NCBI GenBank assembly: GCA_002841765.1
Contig: PHAV01000006.1
Coordinates: forward strand, 1,446 to 65,445
DNA from: Deltaproteobacteria bacterium HGW-Deltaproteobacteria-4
GTDB taxonomy: Bacteria > Desulfobacterota > Desulfuromonadia > Desulfuromonadales > UBA2197
Length of the DNA stretch: 64,000 nucleotides
Direction: 5' to 3'
Shown here piece by piece: positions 9,572 through 19,258 of this stretch; position 1 is the first letter of the stretch, and every line of letters starts with the position of its first letter. The notes beneath the pieces were generated by a model, which saw only the letters and a program-made list of their open reading frames with translations, did not search any database and was not told where the DNA came from. Position numbers and translations under genes: made by a program.

Positions 9572-12563
9572 ACGCATTCACCCCCGATATCTCGCGCCCA
9601 CCCGCGAGCTTTTTTAGATAGGGCACTAGGTCTGCCATCAAGACCAGTTCGGCTTCTCGCCGCGCTTTCCAACCGAGCTCTAGAGGTGCAAGCAGGTCGG
9701 TGAGCTGTTCGCCGTCAAAGATCATGCGGCCCATGATGGTATCGACGAAGGCTTGTAGCGCCGTAGTTTGCAAGCCGTGCTTGTTGGCGATGTTGGCCAG
9801 GTCGGCGGCGGCCTTTTGCGCTTTGAAGACATGGAAACCTTCATATATTTCTTTTGTACTCAAGACTTCGCCTGTTGTCAGACTTTTGATGTAGTCGACG
9901 ATATCTTCTCGTTCACTCTCAAGATTTGAATAACTCCTAATCATTTCAATAATTTGTGCGCGTGTCATCTTCTGCTTGCCGGTTTTCTGGGTAGATTTGG
10001 CAATCAGCCCCATGATGTAGTCATAGTCGATGAGGCTGGAGGCGAATAGCACCAGGTCGAATTCCAGTTGTTGTAGTTCTAGCTCTAGCCCCTCCTCATC
10101 GCCTTTACCTTGCTTGCGCTTGAGTTCAAGCGCGGTGTCGAGATAGACGGCCCTGAAGCTGCGCAGGGTGTCGGTGGGCAGCTTCTGTTCGATGGTTTTT
10201 TTGCTCTGGTCGTCGAGGTCGGTGTATTGCTCCAGTTGGGTCTTGAGCTTCTGCACCTCTTTAAAGTGGTTGATGAATTCCGCCTTGGCGATGTCTCCCT
10301 TGAGGTTGAACACTTGCGAAGGCGCACAGGGCAGCCCTTTGGCGGCCATAAAGGTTTCCAACTTGTCCACTGCTGCTTGGTACTGTTCCACCACCTTGGG
10401 GGCGGGGTCGACCAGCCAGATTTCCCGCGCCCGGTCGATGTCCGCACCGGAAAAGAGTTTGATTGCGTCGTCTACTTCGCTCTCCTGATAGCGGAAGTCA
10501 AGGATGTTGCCCCAGGGCTTGCTGTCGTTGAGCACCCGATTGGTGCGCGACAAGGCCTGGATCAGGCCGTGGTGTTTGAGGATTTTATCCACGTACAGGG
10601 TGTTGAGATATTTGGAATCGAAGCCGGTAAGCAGCATGTCCACCACGATGGTGATATCAATCTTGTTTTTGCGCGAGTAGTCGGCGTTACAATATTTGTG
10701 GTCCTTGATGCGCTGCTGCACGTCCTGATAGTAGAGGTCGAATTCATTGATGGAGTGATTGGTACCATATTGCCGGTTGTAGTCGTCAATAATGGTTTTG
10801 AGCGCGGCCTTTTTTTTCTCCGGATCTTGCTTGTTGTCTTCCTTTTCCTGTGCCAGGTCTTCCTGTAGTTGCTGCACATCCTTGTTGCCTTCTGCCGGTG
10901 GAGAGAAGACGCAGGCGATGTGAAGTGGGTCGAAGGTTTCATCTTCGGCCTGTTTTTTTGCCTGCATGGTTTTGAATCGCTCGTAATATTCCATGGCGTT
11001 GTTAATGGAAGCAGTGGCCAGTATTGCGTTGAAGCGGCGATGGTCTGTGGCGCTGTCGTGCTTTTGCAGTATGGCGTTGATGACAGCATCCGCCGGCGGC
11101 GTTTGCCCTTTCTTTGGCTTTTTATCCCCCTCTTTGCCGAAATAATCGATGTGGAAACTCAGCACGTTTTTGTCATCGATAGCGTGGGTGATGGTGTAGG
11201 CGTGTAGCTCCTTTTCGAAGATGTCTTTGGTGGTTTTGAAGGAGCCGACATTGCCATCGATCTGCTGATAGGTGGCGTTTTCGTCAAAGATAGGCGTGCC
11301 GGTAAAACCGAACAGTTGCGCCTTGGGAAAGAACTTTTTGATGGCCTTGTGGTTCTCGCCAAACTGGGAGCGGTGGCATTCATCGAAGATAAAGACGACG
11401 CGCTTGTCGCACAGGGGTTCGAGGCGTTCCTTGTAGGTCTGTTTGCCCTCTTTTTGTTTTGCCTTGTTGCGCTTGCTGTTTTCGTCCAGCGCCAGGCCCA
11501 GCTTCTGGATGGTGGTGACAATCACCTTGTCGGCGTAGTCGTCCGACAACATACGGCGCACCATGGCTTCGGTGTTGGTGTTTTGCTCGACACAGCCCTC
11601 CTGAAATTTGTTGAATTCCTCGCGAGTCTGGCGATCAAGGTCTTTGCGGTCCACCACGAATAGGCATTTTTCGATGTCGGGGTTGTCCTTCAGTAAGGTG
11701 GAGGCCTTGAACGAGGTGAGCGTCTTACCGCTGCCGGTGGTGTGCCAGATATAGCCGTTGCCGCGATTCTGGTGGATACATTCAACAATAGCCTTGACCG
11801 CATAGATTTGGTAAGGCCGCATAATAAGAATTTTTTGCTCGCTCTGCACCAAAACCATGTAGCGGCCGATCAAGCGGCCTAGGCGGCACTTTTCGAGGAA
11901 GTCGTCAGCAAAGTCGTGCAGGTTTGCAATTTTGTTGTTTTTTTCGTCGGCGTGCTGGTAGATGGGCAAAAAGCGCTCTTCAGCGTTAAAGCTGAAGTGC
12001 TGGTTACAGTTGTTTGCAAAGTAGCGGGTATCGCTTTCGTTGCTGACGATGAACAACTGCATAAAACAGAGCAGAGAGTTAGTGTAGCCGTTGCCGGGAT
12101 CACTTTTGTAGTCGACGATCTGTTCCATGGCGCGGCGAGGGCTGATTTGCAGGGTTTTCAGCTCGATTTGCACCATCGGTAAGCCGTTGATCAGGAGGAT
12201 GACATCATAGCGGTGGTGGCTGTTGTCGGTATTGATGCGGAGTTGGTTGATGACCTCGAACTCGTTCTTGCACCAATCACGGAGATTGACCAGCATGTAT
12301 TCCAGCGGGGTACCGTCTTCGCGGGTGAATTTGCCCTTCTCGCGCAATGCCTGTGCGGCGGTGAAGACATCGGCGGTAATGATCTCGTCGCGCAGGCGGG
12401 CGAATTCGGCGTCTGTGAGGTGGACGCGATTTAAGGCTTCAAACTTCTGACGGAAGTTTTTCTCAAGCGTAGCCTTGTCGCGGATGTCGTCGCGGTAGGT
12501 GTATTTGAGATCGGTTAGCTTGGCGATCAGGCTTTGTTCTATCTGGTTTTCTTTTTGCGTCAT
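9564..12563 (-). CDS. hsdR: Type I R-M restriction subunit R
   Basis: QIELK nuclease motif, HTTGSGKT, DECH, FTGTP, DMLLTGFD, SRTNR. Confidence 0.95.
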   Translation of the reverse strand: MTQKENQIEQSLIAKLTDLKYTYRDDIRDKATLEKNFRQKFEALNRVHLTDAEFARLRDEIITADVFTAAQALREKGKFTREDGTPLEYMLVNLRDWCKNEFEVINQLRINTDNSHHRYDVILLINGLPMVQIELKTLQISPRRAMEQIVDYKSDPGNGYTNSLLCFMQLFIVSNESDTRYFANNCNQHFSFNAEERFLPIYQHADEKNNKIANLHDFADDFLEKCRLGRLIGRYMVLVQSEQKILIMRPYQIYAVKAIVECIHQNRGNGYIWHTTGSGKTLTSFKASTLLKDNPDIEKCLFVVDRKDLDRQTREEFNKFQEGCVEQNTNTEAMVRRMLSDDYADKVIVTTIQKLGLALDENSKRNKAKQKEGKQTYKERLEPLCDKRVVFIFDECHRSQFGENHKAIKKFFPKAQLFGFTGTPIFDENATYQQIDGNVGSFKTTKDIFEKELHAYTITHAIDDKNVLSFHIDYFGKEGDKKPKKGQTPPADAVINAILQKHDSATDHRRFNAILATASINNAMEYYERFKTMQAKKQAEDETFDPLHIACVFSPPAEGNKDVQQLQEDLAQEKEDNKQDPEKKKAALKTIIDDYNRQYGTNHSINEFDLYYQDVQQRIKDHKYCNADYSRKNKIDITIVVDMLLTGFDSKYLNTLYVDKILKHHGLIQALSRTNRVLNDSKPWGNILDFRYQESEVDDAIKLFSGADIDRAREIWLVDPAPKVVEQYQAAVDKLETFMAAKGLPCAPSQVFNLKGDIAKAEFINHFKEVQKLKTQLEQYTDLDDQSKKTIEQKLPTDTLRSFRAVYLDTALELKRKQGKGDEEGLELELQQLEFDLVLFASSLIDYDYIMGLIAKSTQKTGKQKMTRAQIIEMIRSYSNLESEREDIVDYIKSLTTGEVLSTKEIYEGFHVFKAQKAAADLANIANKHGLQTTALQAFVDTIMGRMIFDGEQLTDLLAPLELGWKARREAELVLMADLVPYLKKLAGGREISGVNAYE

Positions 12564-13914
12564 CTTGCCAACTCGATTCACACAATATTTAGATTATTGT
12601 GACCCACCAACCATCGCAACGGGAGTCATCTGGTCACATAGAGTTACTGCGGGGTGATTGCTGCACAACTTCAAGAAGAAGCTGACGACAATCAACCAAC
12701 TGAATTTAAACACCTTTCACTAAAAATAAAACCCGCTTGGCAGCACGAAGCCGACGGCAGAGGGAAGATCTTCCCTGGTTTTTAAATTTCGGACTTGGCA
12801 ATCATCCTTCTCTCCTGTAAATCCATTAAAATTAGATTGATCAATGTAGACCTGACGTGAACAACGGTCAAGTTTTTTGCCCGTCCGGTAAATCGTCTTG
12901 GATTTAGTTCAGGGGTTGTAATGGCTCTGCTGACCCCGTTCTCAGATTCCCTGATAAATCAGAAACCCCCGATCCACTGACCGAGGGTTTTGAGTGTCTG
13001 ATTGATGGTAAGTTTTGGGATAACCCTGCCGCTGTCAGGTTTTCAGGGTTTACTTTTCCCCTTGCCGGAATCCATTTTTGGCACCTCATCCCGATCAATG
13101 GTCAGAGCTTTCACCACACTCATTCTCCCTGTCTCCAAACGAGGAGAATCAGGAGACCTAAGAAAATTACCAATGATTGACCCTAGAGAGTCCTTTTTGC
13201 GAGACATAGTTAACCTCCAAGTTGTTTTTCAGTACGATAATATTGGTAGTTTGACCTTTAAAAGATATTCTCACGAAAAACGGCTAAAGTAAAATTATTT
13301 TTATATAACGGGTATTTAGTTAACATTTCTGCTAGATTTTATTGGTCTTATTTCTGAGCAATAAAAAATTTCAATTATTTTATTGCAACAAACTGTCGTC
13401 TTTGATATATTTATATATATACCTTCCACGTTATTCCTGACGACATTCTCGACCTTCCCCGAGCAAATCCAATCAATCTCCAATTGATCTGCGACATATT
13501 TATATGCGCCTATGTATCCTTGACTTCGCTGTTAAAGTGCAGTCGCAAACTATTCTTAGTCTAGCAAAAGGAGGTGTGTCTATGCTATATGTCGACATGT
13601 TTATCACGTAGGACTGCGCTCAGTCGCTGAAACGGACTGTCGTCGGGTTACCAGAACCCAAAATTGTGGTTATACTTTTGTTGATTTAAGGCCATTCGAG
13701 TTACGTTAAACTCTCAAAAAAACCTTTATATCAACAAAAATTACAGAAATGTTGAAAATGATTCATGGCCATTCTAAAAAAACCGTTTATTCAAAAGAGG
13801 TTACACGCTCACTCACTCACTCCATGAGTGAGAAAGGTGAATATAACCATTTTAATTCGGGGGAAGTGTTTGTTGCTGTTGCTGAGACGGGTTCTTGAAA
13901 ATTCGAGGGAAAAC

Positions 13915-14481
13915 GTGGTTGAAGACCGGAAGAAAAGATTAATAGAATTGTTGCGCGATCCCGACCCGGAAATTCGGAAGGCGGCTGCAGAGTCCCTGAA
14001 TATTGTGGAATCGTTCTCTTCCCTCGATAGAATTTTAGAGATTTTACGGGGGGGAGAGCGAGGCGCCAAGGTCAACGCCATTTTTGCCCTTGAACGGATC
14101 GACTCCGACAAAGTTTTTCCTCCCCTGCTGCAGCTCTTGCAGCAGGCCGATGCAGATTTACGTGCGACCGCCATTCAAGTGCTGGGGACAAAAAAGAATC
14201 CCCAAACTTTGGGGGCGCTCGTCAAACATCTTAAAGATCCTCATCCCGCTGTTCGCGTTCATGCTGCGACCGCCGTCGGCCACTTCTCTGATAAACGACT
14301 TATCCCCTACCTGGCAGCACTCATCAACGAAAAAGATGACACGTTAGCGGCTGCGGCGATAAAATCCCTCGGGCAAATCGGCACAGTCGAATGTGAACCA
14401 CGCATCCTCGCCGCTATGCTAGATCCCCGGCCAGCGGTACGCCTTGCGGCGGCCCGGGCAATCTCCGTTATCGCTATTTAG
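13915..14481 (+). CDS. HEAT repeat protein
   Basis: Repeated DPxxxVRxxAAxALG units. GTG 13915 after GAGGGA preferred to the ORF start at 13828. Confidence 0.8.
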   Translation: MVEDRKKRLIELLRDPDPEIRKAAAESLNIVESFSSLDRILEILRGGERGAKVNAIFALERIDSDKVFPPLLQLLQQADADLRATAIQVLGTKKNPQTLGALVKHLKDPHPAVRVHAATAVGHFSDKRLIPYLAALINEKDDTLAAAAIKSLGQIGTVECEPRILAAMLDPRPAVRLAAARAISVIAI

Positions 14482-14499
14482 CCTTCCTGATCCGTCGCC

Positions 14500-15825
14500 C
14501 TAAAAATATTCGGTGACATCCACGCCCTTGGTCAAAGGATCAACTTCGCCAATAATCCTTGCTGTCTCGGTATTAACCAGTTCGATCAACGGCAGAGTGG
14601 TGAGTCTGGTGCCGCTGCTGTCAAAAAGAATCTTGAGCTTTACTGCTTCTCGTCCCTGTACCTCAACTTTGACGACAAGGCCGATTTCATTGGAATCAAG
14701 ACGGACCAGAGTCCCGACTGGATAGGTGCCGAGGGAGGTAATGAATTTTTCGACAAAGTCGGGATGTAGCGCTGTGCCCGACAACTTCCGCAACTGTTCC
14801 GTTGCATTCCTGGGTGTCCTGGGGCGCTGATAAGAGCGCAGAGTCGTCAAGGCATCATAGGTGTCGGCAATCGCCGTCATATCGATCATCGGACTCATGG
14901 TCTGACCCAGTGCCGAGGCCGGGTAGCCGCTGCGATCAAAGCGCAGGTGATGTCCAAGAACAATGTCTACCACTTCCGCTGTGATCCCCTCCATCTCCAC
15001 AACCAAGGCCGCGCCGTCGCCAGGATGTTTTTTGATCTCGACAAACTCTTCAAGGGTTAAACGGCCAGGCTTGGTGATAATATCTACATCGACTTTGAGT
15101 TTGCCAAGATCGTGCAGCAGGGCACCGAGGCCAAGCGTCCGCAACTGCTCTTCATTCAGGCCGCAGGCGCGGCCAACCGCCAGCGAGATGACGGAGACAT
15201 TGACTGAGTGCGTAAAGGTGTAGTTGTCATAATCTTTAAGCATTGACAGCGCAAAGAGCGTGTCGGGTTCGGAGATCATCAATTTGACCATATCCCCCAT
15301 GACACTGACTGCTTCAGTCGATGAAGGAATTTTTCCGAGGCGGACATCATGAAAAATATTATCCACCACTTTCAGCGCCCGTCCATAGACGGCCCGGGGC
15401 GCTTGATTTTCTTGTTCCGATTCCTGCACTAAAGGATGAATATGCGGGAAGTGTCTTGCCGAGAAAATGCTTTCCACGGACTGAGCGTTTATTGTCGGCG
15501 TCGTTAACAAAGTCAGCAGTCTGGAAAATTCATCTTCGTTTACACCTGACTCGAACTGCAATCCTGTTAACCCCGCGCGCTGCAAGAGCTTGACGAGGTC
15601 GTCTGCCGCAGGCATATCGGCTGAGAGCAGCAGGTCGTCGACGACCAGCGCCCCATCATGCAGCCCGATGCGGAGTGAAGAATGTTTTTGATGGCAGACC
15701 TGCAGGACCCCAAGAAAAGTCCGCATTTGACGGGCAAGCGCAGGATGCTGCAGCGGATAAAGTTTCAAACCCTTCAGGCTGCTGACAAAGGCTTGAACCA
15801 GCTGCCGGGCAATCTCCTCAGTCAT
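14500..15825 (-). CDS. HD-GYP domain cyclic-dinucleotide phosphodiesterase
   Basis: YTFTHSVNV, LHDLGK, HHLRFDRSGYP, RSYQRP. Confidence 0.9.
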   Translation of the reverse strand: MTEEIARQLVQAFVSSLKGLKLYPLQHPALARQMRTFLGVLQVCHQKHSSLRIGLHDGALVVDDLLLSADMPAADDLVKLLQRAGLTGLQFESGVNEDEFSRLLTLLTTPTINAQSVESIFSARHFPHIHPLVQESEQENQAPRAVYGRALKVVDNIFHDVRLGKIPSSTEAVSVMGDMVKLMISEPDTLFALSMLKDYDNYTFTHSVNVSVISLAVGRACGLNEEQLRTLGLGALLHDLGKLKVDVDIITKPGRLTLEEFVEIKKHPGDGAALVVEMEGITAEVVDIVLGHHLRFDRSGYPASALGQTMSPMIDMTAIADTYDALTTLRSYQRPRTPRNATEQLRKLSGTALHPDFVEKFITSLGTYPVGTLVRLDSNEIGLVVKVEVQGREAVKLKILFDSSGTRLTTLPLIELVNTETARIIGEVDPLTKGVDVTEYF

Positions 15826-17476
15826 TCGGCGATCCTTTCCTCGCTTGCTTTAATGCACTGATAGCGGCTTTCTGCACGATGGGATTAGACGCTTCCCCCA
15901 TTGTTTCGAGAAAGCTGATCGCTTCAAAGCCGCCGATCTCTCCTATTGTTAACAGGGCAGCAGCCCGCAGTACGTTATTGCGGCTGCGATAAAAGAGGCA
16001 GCGATGATTGACAATCGACATTAATTCCGGGAGGGCCTCAGCCGAGCCGATCTCACCAAGAGCTCTGATAGCATCAATTTTTTCCTCAAGCCGGAGAAAG
16101 CGCCAGTCCTTGACCTGGAGGAATTGGATAAGAAGCGGTATGGTCGCGGCCGGATTTTTTATTGCCCCGAGACAAAGCATCGCCTGACGGCGCAAGTCGC
16201 TATCCTCCCCCTGCAAAATTTTTGCAATGATGGCAATGACACTATTGCCGCCGATACGCGTTAGCGCCCGCAGTGCTTCGCGCCGTACCCGCAGATCACG
16301 ATGGTGCAAAAGATCGCGTAGTGGCTCAATCGCCGCCGCCGCGCGTATCTCGCCAAGGATCTGTGCGGCATTGCGCAGCACCACCCACCGATCGTCGTTT
16401 AATGTCGCGAAAATCGCCGCAAGAGCAGCCTCTCCCTGAGAAATTAAGGCTTCAGAGAGGACCTTTCTGATTGACTGGTCCTCCTCGGCAGCAAGACGGT
16501 TCAGTAAAAGCTTTGCGAGGGGGTCGCCAAAGGAGCGGGTGATCTTGTCCCAGACAATGCGATGATCATCAAATCGCCTCCGGGCACAAAGGAGATTGAT
16601 ATAGAAACTCAGCAGTGTTGACGTAGAGAGTTGCGTCATGGCCTGCCGGGCAGCTTTGCGCTTTTCCTCTTTTTGGGCAACGTCTTCAGTGCAATACGTC
16701 AGAAAAGAGAGGGCTTGTAAAATCAGATGGGCGGACTTCTCCGTTAAATTCCCTTGAACCACTGGAATCAAACGGTGTAAAAGTCTGGAAAATTCCTGTT
16801 CGTCAGAGGCCATCTCGACAGCTTTGAGAAGATCTTCAAAGGGGAGTTCTCCGGCAGAAGAATCGGCCTCCTCTACAGCCAGGGTCGATGTGCTCTCTAT
16901 GGGGGCGGGTTCACCAAGGGTTGCGAGGAACTTTTCATCGGTCAGATCGGTAGCACCGTAAAGAGTCAGCTTTTCAGCTTCAATTTTATTTTTTAACTCA
17001 AAAATGCCCTTAATGTCGACGGTATTGGTCCAGATAGTCGTCACTTGTGCTTGCTGTAACAGGGATTGGATCCCCCCTTTCTTCTGGATAACATCTGCAT
17101 CGAGAAGTAAAATTTTTGCTGTTTCCCAGAGATCTCGACACGAGAGATCCTGGAGAATCATTAATTGCTGAATTCTCCGGGCAAAGAGATTCGCCGCCAA
17201 TTTTTGCAAGATTGCATGGTTGCTGCCGACAGGCTCTTCTCCGTAAAAAAACCCGGATCGCCGTATGATGACCGCCACACTTTCACGGCCTTCAAACAAA
17301 GGCAAAAAAACGGACTTGGCATCGCTGGTAACGTCTTTAAGGGCAGGATGGCCCGTCGGGTAAAACTTGATAGAGACAAGGAGTTTGGCCAAGGACTTGA
17401 GTGCCGTCTCCAATTGGGCGGCCACCAAATTCTCAGTTGCAGTGGAACTCTTTGTGTTTTGCGTTCTTTCGCCCAT
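15818..17476 (-). CDS. HEAT repeat protein
   Basis: C-terminal HEAT repeats (DDRWVVLRNAAQILGEI, HRDLRVRREALRAL). Confidence 0.85.
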   Translation of the reverse strand: MGERTQNTKSSTATENLVAAQLETALKSLAKLLVSIKFYPTGHPALKDVTSDAKSVFLPLFEGRESVAVIIRRSGFFYGEEPVGSNHAILQKLAANLFARRIQQLMILQDLSCRDLWETAKILLLDADVIQKKGGIQSLLQQAQVTTIWTNTVDIKGIFELKNKIEAEKLTLYGATDLTDEKFLATLGEPAPIESTSTLAVEEADSSAGELPFEDLLKAVEMASDEQEFSRLLHRLIPVVQGNLTEKSAHLILQALSFLTYCTEDVAQKEEKRKAARQAMTQLSTSTLLSFYINLLCARRRFDDHRIVWDKITRSFGDPLAKLLLNRLAAEEDQSIRKVLSEALISQGEAALAAIFATLNDDRWVVLRNAAQILGEIRAAAAIEPLRDLLHHRDLRVRREALRALTRIGGNSVIAIIAKILQGEDSDLRRQAMLCLGAIKNPAATIPLLIQFLQVKDWRFLRLEEKIDAIRALGEIGSAEALPELMSIVNHRCLFYRSRNNVLRAAALLTIGEIGGFEAISFLETMGEASNPIVQKAAISALKQARKGSPND

Positions 17477-17552
17477 TCGTTTACACTTCTATAATGATTA
17501 AGTAATTCAGGATAGTCGCAGGATAATCTGCTATAAGCAGAGGATAAATTAC

Positions 17553-18251
17553 ATGGTTAAAAAATGCTTTAATCATAGCACAGTTCCCTCCCGGAGAAAA
17601 CTACCAGAAACGGTCAGTCCCATTGTCCTCGGGGTCACTGGTGGAATTGCCTGCGGAAAGAGTCTGGTTTGCCAATTCTTCAAAGAACTGGGGGCGGCCG
17701 TTCTGAGTGCAGATGAATTGGCCCGTGAAGCAGTCAGGCCGGGCGAGAAGGCTTATAATGAAATCGTCGCGTACTTTGGAAAAGAAATATTGACGACGGA
17801 AGGGAGCATTGACCGCGCCCGTCTGGCTGAAAAGGTTTTCCGCGTACCTGCAGCGCGTCATGAGCTTAACCAGGTCACTCATCCGGCAATTGGTCGCCTT
17901 GCTGAGCAACGTATCAGCGAACTGCGAAAGGACCCGGCCGTCCCCCTTATTATCTATGAGGCGCCTTTACTCTTTGAGGCCAAAGCAGAAGGGCGTGTCG
18001 ATCTGGTTTTGGTCGTAGCTGCCAGTCCTGAGCAACAGCTTGAACGACTGATACGCCGGGAAAACTTATCACGAGAAGAAGCTTACCGGCGAATTTCTGC
18101 ACAGATGCCACTTGCCGAAAAAGTTGCCCGCGCTGATATTCTTATCGAAAATAACGGATCCCCTGCAGAGGTGCAAAAACTGATTGGCGATATCTTTGTA
18201 AAACTGACGACACCCAATAAAAAAAATCCCCCGATTCCGGAGGATGTTTAG
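17553..18251 (+). CDS. coaE: Dephospho-CoA kinase
   Basis: LGVTGGIACGKS, SADELAR, IDRARL, EAPLLFE. True start may be slightly downstream. Confidence 0.92.
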   Translation: MVKKCFNHSTVPSRRKLPETVSPIVLGVTGGIACGKSLVCQFFKELGAAVLSADELAREAVRPGEKAYNEIVAYFGKEILTTEGSIDRARLAEKVFRVPAARHELNQVTHPAIGRLAEQRISELRKDPAVPLIIYEAPLLFEAKAEGRVDLVLVVAASPEQQLERLIRRENLSREEAYRRISAQMPLAEKVARADILIENNGSPAEVQKLIGDIFVKLTTPNKKNPPIPEDV

Positions 18252-18267
18252 TGTGTTAGCCGTTTTT

Positions 18268-19050
18268 CTATTTATTGTAACCGAGCCGGGTCGAGAGATC
18301 TTCAGCCGCCTGTCTGGCCAAAGGGATCAACTCTTTTTCGATGCGTTCATCGGAAAAACGCATTGTCGGGCCTGAGATGCTGATCGCCCCGACAATCCTC
18401 CGCGTATAATCTCGAATCGGGCAGGCAATACAACGCACACCGTTATCGAGTTCTTCATTGTCGATGGCATAGCCTTGTTCAAAAACCTTAAGTAATTCCT
18501 CACGTAATGCCGTCTTTGTTGCAAGGGTCGTCGGCGTATAGACTTTAAGATCATGCGCCGGATAAAGATGGTCAACATCTTCATCGGACATATAAGCAAG
18601 GTGCACCTTGCCGGTGGCGGTACAGTAACCGGGGAGTCTTGATCCCACCCGGGAGACAACGCGAACTGTCAGGTTCGTCTCGACAACGTCAAGATAGACA
18701 ACATAGCCTTCTTTGAAGATGGCAACATAGGACGTCTCGTTACACTCTTGGACAATGCGATCAAGGATGGGGCGCGCCTGCCTTAAAAGTCCCATCTGTT
18801 TGACAAAAGTTTGACCAAGTTCCAGAGATTTCAAGCCCAAGCGGTAATTTTCAGTCGCTCGATTCTGCTCTATATAGCCGCGCGACTCCAGTGTTGCCAG
18901 CAGTCGAAAGACGTTATTCTTGTGGAGTTTCAGCCGTTTGCTCAGCTCTGTGACGCCGAGTTCGTCGGTCTCGCCATGAAACTGCTCCAGCAAATCAAGC
19001 GCATGCGAAACGGCTTGAATGATATATTCTGACTTATCTTTTTTTGCCAT
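18268..19050 (-). CDS. IclR-family transcriptional regulator
   Basis: N-terminal HTH, YCTATGKV, DNEELDNGVRCIA. Start ATG 19050. Confidence 0.92.
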   Translation of the reverse strand: MAKKDKSEYIIQAVSHALDLLEQFHGETDELGVTELSKRLKLHKNNVFRLLATLESRGYIEQNRATENYRLGLKSLELGQTFVKQMGLLRQARPILDRIVQECNETSYVAIFKEGYVVYLDVVETNLTVRVVSRVGSRLPGYCTATGKVHLAYMSDEDVDHLYPAHDLKVYTPTTLATKTALREELLKVFEQGYAIDNEELDNGVRCIACPIRDYTRRIVGAISISGPTMRFSDERIEKELIPLARQAAEDLSTRLGYNK

Positions 19051-19258
19051 GGTCTTTCCCTCTTGGACTTCGCTTGAAATCATAAATAATCTACAAAGAG
19101 TTGACGTCTTGTCAAGAAATACTTCTTGATTCTTTTAGTGTTATTTTAGAATGCCGTTTGGATATTGTCAAGGCAGCATCTTAAGTTCTTTTATGATTGC
19201 GGATTGTTTCTTCATCGGGCTTATGCTATGAAAACGCCCCACTCTACCCCTTCTCTGT

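Larger units (their letters stand above)
1..12600. mobile_element. Genomic island 1: tandem-integrase/helicase module with Type I R-M plus PrrC cargo (ends uncertain)
   Basis: Recombinases, helicase and defence genes are clustered with mosaic GC content and are followed by about 1.3 kb of AT-rich non-coding DNA. No att site was found. Confidence 0.7.

Noticed and set aside
12900-13125. Possible frameshifted small gene on the minus strand (MSVVKALTIDRD...)
   Set aside because: RBS-like sequence is present, but the stop is early and I recognise no family.
13540-13660. c-di-GMP-I/GEMM riboswitch
   Set aside because: GCAAA and CGGGTTACC fragments are present, but the P2 tetraloop/receptor and the spacing do not fit.
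19112-19129. TCAAGAA-N4-TTCTTGA palindrome upstream of the IclR gene
   Set aside because: Probably a routine autoregulatory operator and cannot be assigned from sequence.
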